A DNA stretch of 61,412 nucleotides, counting the filler. It is 2 parts of 2 records of this genome, joined end to end, with 100 filler letters (N's around TTAATTAATTAA, not from the genome) between each part and the next. Parts side by side here need not be neighbours in the genome. Positions count along the whole stretch, not along the records: positions 1 to 30,556 come from SRR20825019_1880; positions 30,657 to 61,412 come from SRR20825019_1888. One strand, written 5' to 3'. The notes below the pieces were generated by a model. The model did no database searches and was not told where the DNA came from. It saw nothing but the letters and a program-made list of their open reading frames with translations. This document shows, piece by piece, positions 28,232 to 38,147 of the stretch (position 1 is its first letter; the number at the start of each line of letters is the position of its first letter). A program made the translations under genes and the position numbers.

Positions 28232-29446
28232 ATGTCGGTAACACTTTCAGATATTCGTAGCGCCCGTCGTCGCATCAACAGTGGCATTATTAAATCGCCC
28301 TGTCCGGAATCCATCCCGCTCTCCGAGATCACGGGGGCAAACATTGTCTGCAAACTCGATAATTTTCAGCGCACCGGATCTTTCAAGGAACGCGGGGCGC
28401 GTAATGCCCTGCTCAAGTTGAGTGCCGCGCAAAAGAAAAATGGCGTGATCGCCGCCAGCGCGGGTAATCATGCCCTCGGTCTCGCTTACCACGGCAAGTT
28501 GCTCGATATTCCGGTGACGGTGGTGATGCCGGATTATGCACCCTTGATTAAAATCACCACCTGCCAACGTCTCGGCGCGACCGTTTTGGTGGAAGGAAAA
28601 GACTTCGTCCAGGCGCGTGCTCTGGCCGATGAGCTTTCGGCCCAAAATGACTACACCTACATTCACGGTTTCGATCACGACGACATCATTGCCGGACAGG
28701 GGACGATGGGTTTGGAGATTCTTGAACAGGTTCCCGATGTGGACGCGATTGTCTGTCCGATCGGCGGCGGCGGTTTGATTGCCGGTCTCTCGTTGGCGGT
28801 GAAATCCGTGCGACCGAAAGTTCGCGTGATCGGCGTCGAAAGTAAGGCGACGGGAAATTTTGCCGCGGCCCTCAAAGCCGGCTGTCCCGTGCTTCAGCCG
28901 CGTCGCCCGACTCTCTGCGATGGACTTGCGACACTGACGGTTGGAGCCAATGCGTTTTCGATCGCCCGCCAACACGTGGACGAGGTCGTCAGTGTGAGCG
29001 AAGATTGGATCGCGCTCGCGATTTTGCGGATGGTTGAGCTCGAAAAGACTGTCGTTGAAGGAGCAGCGGCCGCCCCGCTCGCGGCGATGATGGCCGGCAA
29101 ACTGCCCCAACTCGCGGGCAAAAAAGTCGTGCTCACCATTTGCGGAGGGAACATCGACCCCGCCGTGCTCAGTCGCATCATCGAAAGCGGACTCGTCAAC
29201 GACGGTCGCCTCACGCGATTCCGCGCGCGGATCAGTGATCGTCCCGGTGGCCTCGCACACCTCACCAAGATCATCGCTGATTGCGGTGCGAGCGTGAAAG
29301 ACATCGCTCACGACCGGGCGTTTAGCGGCTCGGATGTGTCCGCCGTCCAAGTCGTCTGCACCGTCGAAACCCGCGACCGCAAACACATCAACGCTCTCCA
29401 TCGCACCCTCAAAAAAAATGGCTTCCCCGTCTCCGTGGCGAAATAA
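28232..29446 (+). CDS. ilvA: Threonine ammonia-lyase with C-terminal ACT domain
   Basis: QRTGSFKERGA PLP lysine, SAGNHA, GGGGL, GGNID, DRPGGL. Confidence 0.93.
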   Translation: MSVTLSDIRSARRRINSGIIKSPCPESIPLSEITGANIVCKLDNFQRTGSFKERGARNALLKLSAAQKKNGVIAASAGNHALGLAYHGKLLDIPVTVVMPDYAPLIKITTCQRLGATVLVEGKDFVQARALADELSAQNDYTYIHGFDHDDIIAGQGTMGLEILEQVPDVDAIVCPIGGGGLIAGLSLAVKSVRPKVRVIGVESKATGNFAAALKAGCPVLQPRRPTLCDGLATLTVGANAFSIARQHVDEVVSVSEDWIALAILRMVELEKTVVEGAAAAPLAAMMAGKLPQLAGKKVVLTICGGNIDPAVLSRIIESGLVNDGRLTRFRARISDRPGGLAHLTKIIADCGASVKDIAHDRAFSGSDVSAVQVVCTVETRDRKHINALHRTLKKNGFPVSVAK

Positions 29447-30425
29447 CATTTGGGGTTTGATCGGCGTCTCGTTTTTGGCGGGTTGCCAAACCGCGCCGGA
29501 AAAATCGTCGCCGCCTTTGGCGGCGGAATCATCCTTGGTCGCTCCGTCTGATCCCATTCGATCGGACGATATCATCATTGTGGACGGGCAATCGTTTCAC
29601 ATCGGCACACGCGTGATTACCTGGAAAGAAAAAGAGGGTTACGATGCCTATAATTTCACGCCCACTGAACTTGCCGGCACTGCCAATCATGGAGCACGAC
29701 GTTTACCCTCCACCGAAGTTAAAGGGGATTGGGTCGATCCCGAAACCCCGTGGGATATGCCATCTCTGCAACGCTACGTGGATCAGTTTGTTCTGCACTA
29801 TGACAGCGAGGGATTCAGTCGCCGTTGTTTCGAGGTGCTGCAACGTCGCGGATTGAGCGCGCATTTTCTTTTGGATCTGGATGGCACCATTTATCAAACG
29901 CTCGATCTGCGTGAGCGCGCTTTTCATGCCCGTGAATCCAACAGTCGCTCCGTCGGTATCGAAATCGCCAATGTGGGCGCCTTTGGTCCGGAGGAACCGG
30001 ACGAATTGAAGGAGTGGTTCATTTCCGACGAGGAAGGGAAACCGGTCCTGAAGATTCCCGCGCAATTGGGTGATCCCCAATTCCATCGGACAGATTACGT
30101 TGCGCGTCCCAATCGAAGCGAAATTGTCACGGGCACGATCAATGGGCGTGATTTACGTCAATACGATTTCACGGCCGAACAATACGCTGCACTGATCAAA
30201 CTCACCGCGGCGCTCCATCGGATTTTCCCCCTGATCACACTCGACCAGCCCCGCGATACGGAAGGAAAGCCGATCCACGAAAAGTTACCCGATGCGGCGT
30301 TGGAGAACTATCAAGGACTGATCGGCCATTACCATTTACAACAAATCAAAATCGATCCCGGCCCCGCCTTCGACTGGGAGCTACTCATCGAAGGCGCCCG
30401 CCACGAATCGAAACACCAAGAGTAA
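29418..30425 (+). CDS. N-acetylmuramoyl-L-alanine amidase (Amidase_2) lipoprotein
   Basis: Lipobox FLAGC, VLHYD, SAHFL, AFHA, SVGIE, IGH...KIDPG; start inferred. Confidence 0.88.
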   Translation: MASPSPWRNNIWGLIGVSFLAGCQTAPEKSSPPLAAESSLVAPSDPIRSDDIIIVDGQSFHIGTRVITWKEKEGYDAYNFTPTELAGTANHGARRLPSTEVKGDWVDPETPWDMPSLQRYVDQFVLHYDSEGFSRRCFEVLQRRGLSAHFLLDLDGTIYQTLDLRERAFHARESNSRSVGIEIANVGAFGPEEPDELKEWFISDEEGKPVLKIPAQLGDPQFHRTDYVARPNRSEIVTGTINGRDLRQYDFTAEQYAALIKLTAALHRIFPLITLDQPRDTEGKPIHEKLPDAALENYQGLIGHYHLQQIKIDPGPAFDWELLIEGARHESKHQE

Positions 30426-30556
30426 CCTATTAGGTTACTTTCGTTTACGGTCATCTGCCGGAAATCAGAGAAAGATTGTAACCCAATAGGTTGGAGATAA
30501 GCACTTTCATGACAGATCTACGCCAGCACCAAGAGTAACCTAATAGGTTACTCTTG
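30414..30556. repeat. Three regularly spaced CTAWTAG-core palindromes at the contig end
   Basis: GTAACC cores at 30422, 30478 and 30535; the last copy has 13-bp perfect arms. Confidence 0.8.
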
Positions 30557-30656
30557 NNNNNNNNNNNNNNNNNNNNNNNNNNNNNNNNNNNNNNNNNNNN
30601 TTAATTAATTAANNNNNNNNNNNNNNNNNNNNNNNNNNNNNNNNNNNNNNNNNNNN
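30557..30656. other. Artificial contig spacer
   Basis: N-run, TTAATTAATTAA (stops in all frames), N-run. Confidence 0.98.
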
Positions 30657-31859
30657 GCCGACGAGCCGACAACCGCGCTCGACGTCTCCATCCAGGCGCA
30701 GATCCTCGAGCTGATGCGCGAGCTGTGCCGGGAGCGATCCGTGGGCATGATTCTGATCACCCACGATATGGGGGTGATCGCCGATGTGACCGACCGGGTC
30801 GCGGTCATGTACCGCTCCCGTCTTGTCGAGGAAGGCCCGACGGAAAAAATTCTGGGAGACCCTGATCACGATTATACCAAGAGCCTGATCAGCGCGGTGC
30901 CACGGCCCGATGTCCGTCTCGCCCGGTTCCCGGTGGTCGAATATATCGAGAGCGCCGGCGACCGGCGGGACAGTATCGATGTCGCGACCCACTGGCTCGG
31001 TGCGGGACGGTCGGAGTCCGGTGGCGAGACGATGCTCCGGGTCGAGGATCTGCATGTTCGCTTCCTGACCAAATTCGCCTTTCTCAAGAAACACCGGATC
31101 TATCTCGACGCGGTTAACCGGGTTTCCTTCGATATCCGGCAAGGCGAGGTATTCGGTCTTGTTGGAGAGAGCGGCAGCGGCAAGTCGACCATCGCCCGGG
31201 CCATAGCGGGGCTCTATAAACCGAGCGGCGGCCACATCCATTTCGCCGGTGCCGACCTCACGGAGGTCAGGACCGAGTCGGAGATGGATCGCTACCGGCG
31301 GCAGATGCAGATGATCTTCCAGGATCCTTTCTCATCGCTGAACCCACGCATGAAGGTGCTGGATATCGTCTCCGAGCCGATCCGTTTCCACGGCCTCGCC
31401 TCAGGCGGTGCGGAGACCCGGCAGATCGTCATGGATCTGCTGGAGCATGTCGGTCTCGGCGCCGAGGCGGCGCGCAGATATCCTCATGAGTTCTCCGGCG
31501 GTCAGCGGCAGCGCATTTCCATTGCCCGCGCACTGGCCACGCGCCCGCGCTTCCTGATCTGCGACGAGCCGACATCCGCACTCGACGTCTCGATCCAGGC
31601 CCAGATTCTGAACCTGCTCAAGGACCTGCAGGCCGAACTCGGGCTCACCATGCTCTTCATCAGTCACGACCTGCCTGTGATCCGGCAGATGTGCGACCGG
31701 GTCGGGGTGATGCGGCACGGCAAGCTGCTGGAGGTGGCGGAGACCGAAACCCTGTTCGAGAAGCCGCAACATGAATACTCACAGCATTTGCTTGACCTGA
31801 TGCCGAAGCTTGGTCTGCTGTCGCACGAGGAGATCGCCGGACTGGAGATGGCTGACTAA
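30657..31859 (+). CDS. Dipeptide/oligopeptide ABC transporter dual ATP-binding protein, 5' truncated
   Basis: Begins in frame at [37 protein letters not shown]. Confidence 0.93.
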   Translation, partial: ADEPTTALDVSIQAQILELMRELCRERSVGMILITHDMGVIADVTDRVAVMYRSRLVEEGPTEKILGDPDHDYTKSLISAVPRPDVRLARFPVVEYIESAGDRRDSIDVATHWLGAGRSESGGETMLRVEDLHVRFLTKFAFLKKHRIYLDAVNRVSFDIRQGEVFGLVGESGSGKSTIARAIAGLYKPSGGHIHFAGADLTEVRTESEMDRYRRQMQMIFQDPFSSLNPRMKVLDIVSEPIRFHGLASGGAETRQIVMDLLEHVGLGAEAARRYPHEFSGGQRQRISIARALATRPRFLICDEPTSALDVSIQAQILNLLKDLQAELGLTMLFISHDLPVIRQMCDRVGVMRHGKLLEVAETETLFEKPQHEYSQHLLDLMPKLGLLSHEEIAGLEMAD

Positions 31860-31955
31860 AGCTTGCGGGCTCCTGGCTCATGGCGTCTGTTGCTTGACAG
31901 AGGCGCGGCGCGGACGCACCTGTTCATGAGATCATTTTGAAAGTCGGGACCGGTC

Positions 31956-32846
31956 ATGTCGGACTATATCGAGCTGAAAAACAGGGGCGTGTTGTCGGTC
32001 AGCGGGCCGGATGCACGGAAATTCCTGCAGGGGCTCATCTCCAACGATGTCGAGAAAGTCACGCCTGAGCGGGCGATCCATGCCGCGTTCCTGACCGCCC
32101 AGGGTAAATACCTCTTCGATTTCATGATTGCCGAGGTCGGCGGCGCACTGTTGCTGGACTGCGAAGCGGACCGGTTGGCCGACTTCCAGAAACGCCTGAA
32201 GCTCTACAAGCTGCGCTCCGACGTCACCGTTGAGGATGTGAGCGCGAAATTCACCGTGCTTGCCATCACCGGGGATGATGTATCCGGCGCACTGGGTATT
32301 GATACCGAAGCCGGAGTGGCGAAGGCAGTTGAAGGCGGCGCGATTTTCACCGACCCGCGCCATGCCGGGCTGGGCGCCCGTGCGATTGTCGGGACGGAAA
32401 ATCTGGCGGATTTCATCGCCGCGTCCAGTCTCACCGAAGGAACGCTGGAGGCATATGACCAAGCCCGCATCAGGCTCGGCGTGCCGGACGGCACCCGGGA
32501 CATGCAGCTTGAGAAAACCATTCTTCTGGAAGCCGGGTTCGATGAGCTGAACGGCGTCGACTGGAAGAAGGGCTGCTATATGGGCCAGGAGCTGACAGCC
32601 CGGACAAAGTACCGCGGTCTGGTGAAGCGGCGGCTGATGCCGGTGCGCATCCTGGACGGAGAGATGCCGGCACCGGGCACGCCGGTGATGCGGGACGAGC
32701 GCGAAGTCGGCGAAATCCGGTCGGGTGCCGGAACCATGGCGCTGGCCATGTTGCGGGTGAACGTCCTCGAGGATCTGGAGCATGCCGTGCTCAGCGCCGG
32801 CGGCAGCACGGTGCTGCCGGTGAAGCCGGACTGGGCGACGTTCTGA
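31956..32846 (+). CDS. ygfZ: Folate-binding Fe-S cluster protein YgfZ
   Basis: GPDARKFLQGL and KGCYMGQELTAR signature. Confidence 0.93.
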   Translation: MSDYIELKNRGVLSVSGPDARKFLQGLISNDVEKVTPERAIHAAFLTAQGKYLFDFMIAEVGGALLLDCEADRLADFQKRLKLYKLRSDVTVEDVSAKFTVLAITGDDVSGALGIDTEAGVAKAVEGGAIFTDPRHAGLGARAIVGTENLADFIAASSLTEGTLEAYDQARIRLGVPDGTRDMQLEKTILLEAGFDELNGVDWKKGCYMGQELTARTKYRGLVKRRLMPVRILDGEMPAPGTPVMRDEREVGEIRSGAGTMALAMLRVNVLEDLEHAVLSAGGSTVLPVKPDWATF

Positions 32847-32943
32847 TCCTGCACTTCTAGCGCGTCAATTCGCGGCGGCGCGGCACCATTAATGTGCCGC
32901 CTGTTCGCTTGTGCGAGATGACCGCCGGGCCTAGCGTGGGCTC

Positions 32944-33876
32944 GTGTCCAAGTTCATTGTTTTCAAACAGTATGTCGCCCGCCTGCCGGCTCCGGTTCGT
33001 GGCGTCCTCCTCATGGCCATTGCCGCGGCGATGTTCGTCTGCATGCACGCGATCATCCGGAATCTCGGTAAGAACGCGGAGCTGCATCCGTTCGAGATTG
33101 CCTTCTTCCGCTCCTTCCTCGGTCTCTTCGTTCTCGCCCCGCTGCTGATCCGACAGCGCTTCCGGCCGCTGCATACAACGAACATGAAGCTGCTTTTCCT
33201 GCGCGGGGCGGTGAATGCGGCGGCGATGCTGATGTTCTTCTACGGCCTCTCGATCACACCGCTGGCTCAGGCGACGGCACTCGGTTTCACCGCACCGCTC
33301 TTCGCCTCCCTGCTGGCAATGCTGTTTCTCGGCGAAGTCGTGCGGCTGCGCCGCTGGATCGCCATTCTGATCGGCTTTGCCGGCACGCTGGTGATCATTC
33401 AACCCGGTGTGGAAGAGGTCGGTCTCGGCCCGATCCTGATTCTCTCGGCGACGGTGGTCTGGTCTTTCGCGCTGATCATCATCAAGTTCCTGACCCGGAC
33501 CGAATCCAGCGTCACCATCACCGTCTATGCATCGATCTTCCTGTCGCCCTTCACGCTCGTCGCCGCCAGCTTCTTCTGGCGCTGGCCGACATTGGAAGAG
33601 GCGGGCTGGCTCTGCCTCATCGCGTTCCTCGGCACCATCGCCCAGACCGCGATGAACCAGTCTCTCAAACTGGCCGACGCCTCGGTCGTATTGCCGATGG
33701 ATTTCAGCAAGATGATCTGGGCGGCCTTTCTCGGCTTTTTCATGTTCGGTGAGCTGCCGGGGCTTTACACCTGGATCGGCGGAGCCATGATCTTCATCAG
33801 CACCACCTATATCGCGGTGCGTGAGTCGCGTCTGAAAAAGCAGGCGGTGCCGTCCAGCGACAAGTCGTCCGGTTGA
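32944..33876 (+). CDS. DMT/EamA family transporter
   Basis: About ten hydrophobic segments, EIAFFR, LFLGE, FGE.P. Confidence 0.9.
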   Translation: MSKFIVFKQYVARLPAPVRGVLLMAIAAAMFVCMHAIIRNLGKNAELHPFEIAFFRSFLGLFVLAPLLIRQRFRPLHTTNMKLLFLRGAVNAAAMLMFFYGLSITPLAQATALGFTAPLFASLLAMLFLGEVVRLRRWIAILIGFAGTLVIIQPGVEEVGLGPILILSATVVWSFALIIIKFLTRTESSVTITVYASIFLSPFTLVAASFFWRWPTLEEAGWLCLIAFLGTIAQTAMNQSLKLADASVVLPMDFSKMIWAAFLGFFMFGELPGLYTWIGGAMIFISTTYIAVRESRLKKQAVPSSDKSSG

Positions 33877-33946
33877 CCCGGGACGTCATCCCGCGCATAA
33901 GCAGCCCCAAATTTCGCATTTCATCCACAGGAACGGGTCCCGAAAG

Positions 33947-35533
33947 ATGGCAGCCGATCTCGTCCGCGTTTCCCGCGCTCTTATCTCTGTTTCCGATAAA
34001 ACCGGTCTGATCGAGCTCGGCAAGGCGCTTGCGGCGCACGGCGTCGAGATCCTTTCGACCGGCGGCACCGCGAAGGCGCTGGCCGACGCGGGCGTGCCGG
34101 TGAAAGAGGTCGCGGACCATACCGGCTTCCCGGAAATCATGGACGGCCGGGTGAAGACCCTGCATCCGGCGATCCATGGCGGCCTGCTGGCGCTGCGTGA
34201 CAATGACGAGCATGTCGCGGCGATGGAAAAGCACGAGATCGCGCCGATCGACCTGCTGGTGGTGAACCTCTACCCGTTCGAAAGCACCCTGGCCTCCGGC
34301 GCCGGTTATGACGACTGCGTCGAGAATATCGATATCGGCGGCCCGGCCATGATCCGCGCGGCCTCCAAGAATCACGGCCATGTCGCCACTGTCGTCGATC
34401 CGGAGGATTACGCGGACCTGATCGCCGAGCTGGAAGCGAACAAGGGCGGGACGACCTACGCGCTGCGCCGCAAGCTCGCCTCTGTCGCCTATGCCCGTAC
34501 GGCAGCTTATGACAGCGCCATCTCCACCTGGCTGGCGGGTGAGATCGGCGACACCTATCCGCGCCGCATCACCTTCTCCGGTGCCGCTCCGAAGAGCATG
34601 CGCTATGGCGAGAACCCGCATCAGTCCGCCGCCTATTACAGCAGCGGCGACAAACGCCCCGGCGTCGGCAATGCGGAGCAGATCCAGGGCAAGGAGCTGA
34701 GCTTCAACAATCTGAACGACACGGACGCCGCCTTCGAGCTGGTGGCCGAGTTCGACGCCCAGCCCGCCATCGCCATCATCAAGCACGCCAATCCGTGCGG
34801 CGTCGCGGTCGGTGACGATCTTGTCTCCGCCTACCAGCGTGCCTTCGCCTGCGACACGGTCAGCGCCTTCGGCGGCATCATCGCCGCCAACCGGACGCTG
34901 GACGGCGCCACGGCGGAAGAGATCTCCAAGATCTTCACCGAGGTGATTATCGCGCCGGACGCGGATGAAGACGCCCGCAAGGTGCTGGCGGCGAAAAAGA
35001 ACCTCCGCCTGCTGCTGACCCACGGTATGCCGGACCCGAGCGTTGCTGCACGCACCGTGCGCAATGTTGCCGGTGGTTATCTGGTGCAGGACAAGGATAA
35101 TGGCCGGGTGACGGCTGCCGACCTGAAGGTCGTCACCAAGCGGCAGCCGACCGAGCAGGAACTGGCCGACATGCTGATGGCCTTCCGGGTCTGCAAGCAT
35201 GTGAAGTCGAACGCGATCATCTATGTGAAGAACGGCGCCACGGTCGGCATCGGCGCCGGCCAGATGAGCCGGGTCGACAGCGCCCGCATCGCCGCCTCCA
35301 AGTCCCGCGACATGGCCGAAGCCGCTGGTGCGAGCCAGCCGGGTACTATCGGCTCGGTGGTTGCTTCCGACGCCTTCTTCCCCTTCGCAGACGGGTTGCT
35401 GTCAGCGGCAGAGGCCGGCGCCACGGCGGTGATCCAGCCGGGCGGCTCCATGCGGGATGACGAAGTGATCGCGGCGGCGGACGAAAAGAACCTTGCCATG
35501 GTCATGACCGGGATGCGGCATTTCCGGCATTGA
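33947..35533 (+). CDS. purH: Bifunctional AICAR transformylase / IMP cyclohydrolase
   Basis: [43 protein letters not shown]. Confidence 0.98.
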   Translation: MAADLVRVSRALISVSDKTGLIELGKALAAHGVEILSTGGTAKALADAGVPVKEVADHTGFPEIMDGRVKTLHPAIHGGLLALRDNDEHVAAMEKHEIAPIDLLVVNLYPFESTLASGAGYDDCVENIDIGGPAMIRAASKNHGHVATVVDPEDYADLIAELEANKGGTTYALRRKLASVAYARTAAYDSAISTWLAGEIGDTYPRRITFSGAAPKSMRYGENPHQSAAYYSSGDKRPGVGNAEQIQGKELSFNNLNDTDAAFELVAEFDAQPAIAIIKHANPCGVAVGDDLVSAYQRAFACDTVSAFGGIIAANRTLDGATAEEISKIFTEVIIAPDADEDARKVLAAKKNLRLLLTHGMPDPSVAARTVRNVAGGYLVQDKDNGRVTAADLKVVTKRQPTEQELADMLMAFRVCKHVKSNAIIYVKNGATVGIGAGQMSRVDSARIAASKSRDMAEAAGASQPGTIGSVVASDAFFPFADGLLSAAEAGATAVIQPGGSMRDDEVIAAADEKNLAMVMTGMRHFRH

Positions 35534-35573
35534 TGGCCGGAGGAGTGTAAGAAAAGGGTGTTGTTGTCTGAGG

Positions 35574-36362
35574 TTAACTGAATTCAATACAAGTATATTG
35601 ATAACCCTGACCTGAAGAGTCGAAGTATTGGCTTTCGATGGCGGAATTATAGGAACTCCATACGGGGCCTATCTCCATCGGAGGTCCACTAGATTCGCCT
35701 TTATCGAAAGCCTGACGGGCATGAGAATTTCGCGGTAGCTCATCCCCGAAATTATAGCTTGTCATAAACGGGGCTGTTTCGCTTTTGGTGGACCAAATAA
35801 TCATTCCATCGCGTGACACGACAAATGCAATAGGACGTGGATTGAGGCTGACGTAGCGTAATGCACTAGCCTGTAATGAACATTCGAAACGAGATCCTAA
35901 ATTTCTTAGAGTTTCCGTGTTCCATTTAGAATATTTAAATTCTTCTCGGATGAGATTGGCGGGCATGAGAAGCCATGCTGCAAAAATGTTGGCTTCGTGT
36001 TCCTGATTGTTTCGAAAATCATTAAGAGAATCTTCTGAATCTTCAAATCTATCGCTTGAATCGCGATGGCACATGAAATGCCCAAGTTCATGTGCATATG
36101 TGAACCGAAGCCGTCTCCTGTTTTGTATCTTTGAATTTAGGGCAATTGTCCAATGTCGATCAGGCTTAGTTCTAACTAAGCAGCCTTCTAGGCTTTCAAA
36201 AGGCTCGTGTATTACAGACAGGCTATCTTGGAATCCGCTTGCTTGAATTGCGCCCTCGATTAGAGCATCAAGATTGATCGGATACGTGTTGGGGCCATGA
36301 TCTTGCCAGAGCTTTGTTAACCGAATGGCCTCTTTTTTAGGGTTTGTCGTCTGACTTCTCAT
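35574..36362 (-). CDS. ImmA/IrrE (CapP-like) zinc metallopeptidase
   Basis: [12 protein letters not shown] (HExxH), [17 protein letters not shown]-like segment, C-terminal [17 protein letters not shown]-like region. Confidence 0.9.
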   Translation of the reverse strand: MRSQTTNPKKEAIRLTKLWQDHGPNTYPINLDALIEGAIQASGFQDSLSVIHEPFESLEGCLVRTKPDRHWTIALNSKIQNRRRLRFTYAHELGHFMCHRDSSDRFEDSEDSLNDFRNNQEHEANIFAAWLLMPANLIREEFKYSKWNTETLRNLGSRFECSLQASALRYVSLNPRPIAFVVSRDGMIIWSTKSETAPFMTSYNFGDELPRNSHARQAFDKGESSGPPMEIGPVWSSYNSAIESQYFDSSGQGYQYTCIEFS

Positions 36363-36672
36363 TGAATCCTGACGCTATGCGTTCGAGTGTGCGTTTGTCA
36401 TCTTCTGATAGTTTTCGAAAGCGCCTAAAAAATGCGTCTTCTATATGCTGTTCATTATACTCAGAAAAATCGTCATTAAGTAGAAAATCTGGCGAAACGC
36501 TCAGGCAATTGGCGATTTTTAATAACAGTTCGGCAGACGGTTTAGCGTTCTTTTTGTTCTCAAGCTGCCAAACGTAGGCCTTTGAGCTTCCAATTGCCGC
36601 TGCCAGCTCCTCGAGCGTTTTGTTCTGATCTGTCCGGGCTTTTCTGAGCTTTTCACCAAATTTTTGAGACAT
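36337..36672 (-). CDS. XRE-family HTH repressor (CapH-like)
   Basis: FGEKLRKAR...TLEELAAAIGSSKAYVWQLEN..PSAELL; C-terminal AFFRRFRKLS; overlaps the peptidase start by 26 nt. Confidence 0.92.
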   Translation of the reverse strand: MSQKFGEKLRKARTDQNKTLEELAAAIGSSKAYVWQLENKKNAKPSAELLLKIANCLSVSPDFLLNDDFSEYNEQHIEDAFFRRFRKLSEDDKRTLERIASGFNEKSDDKP

Positions 36673-36698
36673 CGTCCATCTGCATTAAAGGTGGGTGC

Positions 36699-36755
36699 TT
36701 GACAGGAGTATATCGATGGCTATACCTTCTCTCAAGTGTAGTGATGACTACACTT
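36699..36755 (+). promoter_or_regulatory. Sigma70 promoter and palindromic operator for the DUF1508 gene
   Basis: TTGACA at 36699, (GC)TATACC at 36721, then AAGTGTAGT-GATG-ACTACACTT at 36734-36755; AGGAG RBS at 36770. Confidence 0.75.
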
Positions 36756-36782
36756 TTGTAGAGCAAGAAAGGAGTTAAGTAG

Positions 36783-36971
36783 ATGGTTGAATCATGCATC
36801 GGTTCCAATGGCGATAAGTGGGAGATTTACAAAGATAGTGCTGGCGAATGGCGTTGGCGGCGGACGGCCACGAATGGTCGGATTGTTGGAGCATCTGCGG
36901 AGGGCTACGCCAACAAAGCCGACTGCATTGGCAACGCCATTCGTAATGGAATGGGTTGCACGCCCTCTTGA
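36783..36971 (+). CDS. DUF1508 / YegP family protein, single domain
   Basis: WEIYKDSAGEWRWR...NGRIVGASAEGY..KADC pattern; strong RBS 8 nt upstream. Confidence 0.88.
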   Translation: MVESCIGSNGDKWEIYKDSAGEWRWRRTATNGRIVGASAEGYANKADCIGNAIRNGMGCTPS

Positions 36972-37028
36972 TCGGGCTGCAATCGGTGGGGTGCCGTCGG
37001 ATATGGATGAGAAGCGAGCCTGAGAGGA

Positions 37029-38081
37029 CTATGTGTGCCGCAACGCATGCTTCGCAATCTTCGCCATTACCGATGGCAGTCCCGCTTCGCCGATCTTCTC
37101 CACCGGATGCCAGAAACTGTCCGGCGGCCGTGTGCCCGTGGCCCGGCTGCGATAGACTGTCAGCTCCAGATGGAAATGCGTGAAGGTGTGGCGGACCATG
37201 CCCGGCAATTCCGTCCATTGCGCCTTGATCGGGGCTTCGGCGAGGGATTGGTGCAGCGGGTGTTCCGCCTCGCGCCATTCGCTTGACGGGATTTCCACCA
37301 TGCCCCCCAAAAGCCCCGTTTGCGGGCGGCGCCGGAGCAGGATTTCGCCGCGGCCGTTGACGATCCAGAAGGCGACGCCCTTACGGGTCGGCTTCGGCGC
37401 CTTCGTCTTCTTTTTCGGCAAGTCTTCGGCGATCCCGGCGATCCGCCCCGCGCAGGAGGCGCTCCACGGACAGGTCAGGCATTTCGGTTTGCGCGGGGTG
37501 CAGATGGTGGCGCCGAGATCCATCACGGCCTGGGCATAGTCGCCGGGCCTTTTTTGCGGGGTCAGGGCGGCGGAGAGGCGTTTCAGTTCCGGCTTGGCGT
37601 CGGGCAGCGGGATTTCGACCGCGTGCATCCGGGCCATGACCCGTTCGAAATTGCCGTCCACGGGCGTTGCCGGGATATCGAAGGCGATGGCGGCGATGGC
37701 GGCGGCGGTATAGGCACCGATTCCCGGCAGCTCCAGCAGGGCTTCTTCAGTGTCGGGGAAGCGCCCGCCATGAAGATCGCGGACGACGCCGGCGCATTTA
37801 TGCAGATTCCGGGCGCGGGCGTAGTAGCCGAGCCCGGCCCATTCGGCGAGCACGTCTTCCTGTGGCGCATTGGCCAGCGCGACAACGCTCGGCCAGCGCT
37901 CCAGAAACCGCGTGAAATAAGGCCCGACGACAACCACGGTGGTCTGCTGCAGCATGATTTCGCTGAGCCAGACATGGTAGGGATCGGCACGTGTTCCGGG
38001 CTCCGCGCGCCAGGGCAGGCGGCGGCGATGCCGGTCGTACCAGTCGAGCAAAAGGGCGGGCAGGGTTTCAGGCGAGGTCAC
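37029..38081 (-). CDS. mutY: A/G-specific adenine glycosylase
   Basis: WLSEIMLQQT, GLGYYARARNL, LPGIGAYTA, VDGN, C..RKPKC..C.....C, HTFTHF. Confidence 0.97.
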   Translation of the reverse strand: MTSPETLPALLLDWYDRHRRRLPWRAEPGTRADPYHVWLSEIMLQQTTVVVVGPYFTRFLERWPSVVALANAPQEDVLAEWAGLGYYARARNLHKCAGVVRDLHGGRFPDTEEALLELPGIGAYTAAAIAAIAFDIPATPVDGNFERVMARMHAVEIPLPDAKPELKRLSAALTPQKRPGDYAQAVMDLGATICTPRKPKCLTCPWSASCAGRIAGIAEDLPKKKTKAPKPTRKGVAFWIVNGRGEILLRRRPQTGLLGGMVEIPSSEWREAEHPLHQSLAEAPIKAQWTELPGMVRHTFTHFHLELTVYRSRATGTRPPDSFWHPVEKIGEAGLPSVMAKIAKHALRHT

Positions 38082-38147
38082 GTGTGCGTTTTTTCCATTG
38101 GGTCAGGCGCAGGAGCCCTTACATTAGTGCGCAAGGGGAGCGCGGCA

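Noticed and set aside
28247-29578. 443-aa antisense ORF
   Set aside because: Shadow of ilvA; long antisense frames are expected in GC-rich coding DNA.
30414-30556. Calling this a CRISPR array
   Set aside because: Only three units with one degenerate, no cas genes or leader visible, and the same motif is dispersed elsewhere in the contig. Kept as a repeat finding.
30605-31241. ORFs running into the N gap, and TTAATTAATTAA as a motif
   Set aside because: Artefacts of the spacer.
33797-35200. 467-aa antisense ORF
   Set aside because: Shadow of purH.
35534-37028. Prophage or ICE call for the islet
   Set aside because: No integrase, structural genes or convincing flanking att repeats.
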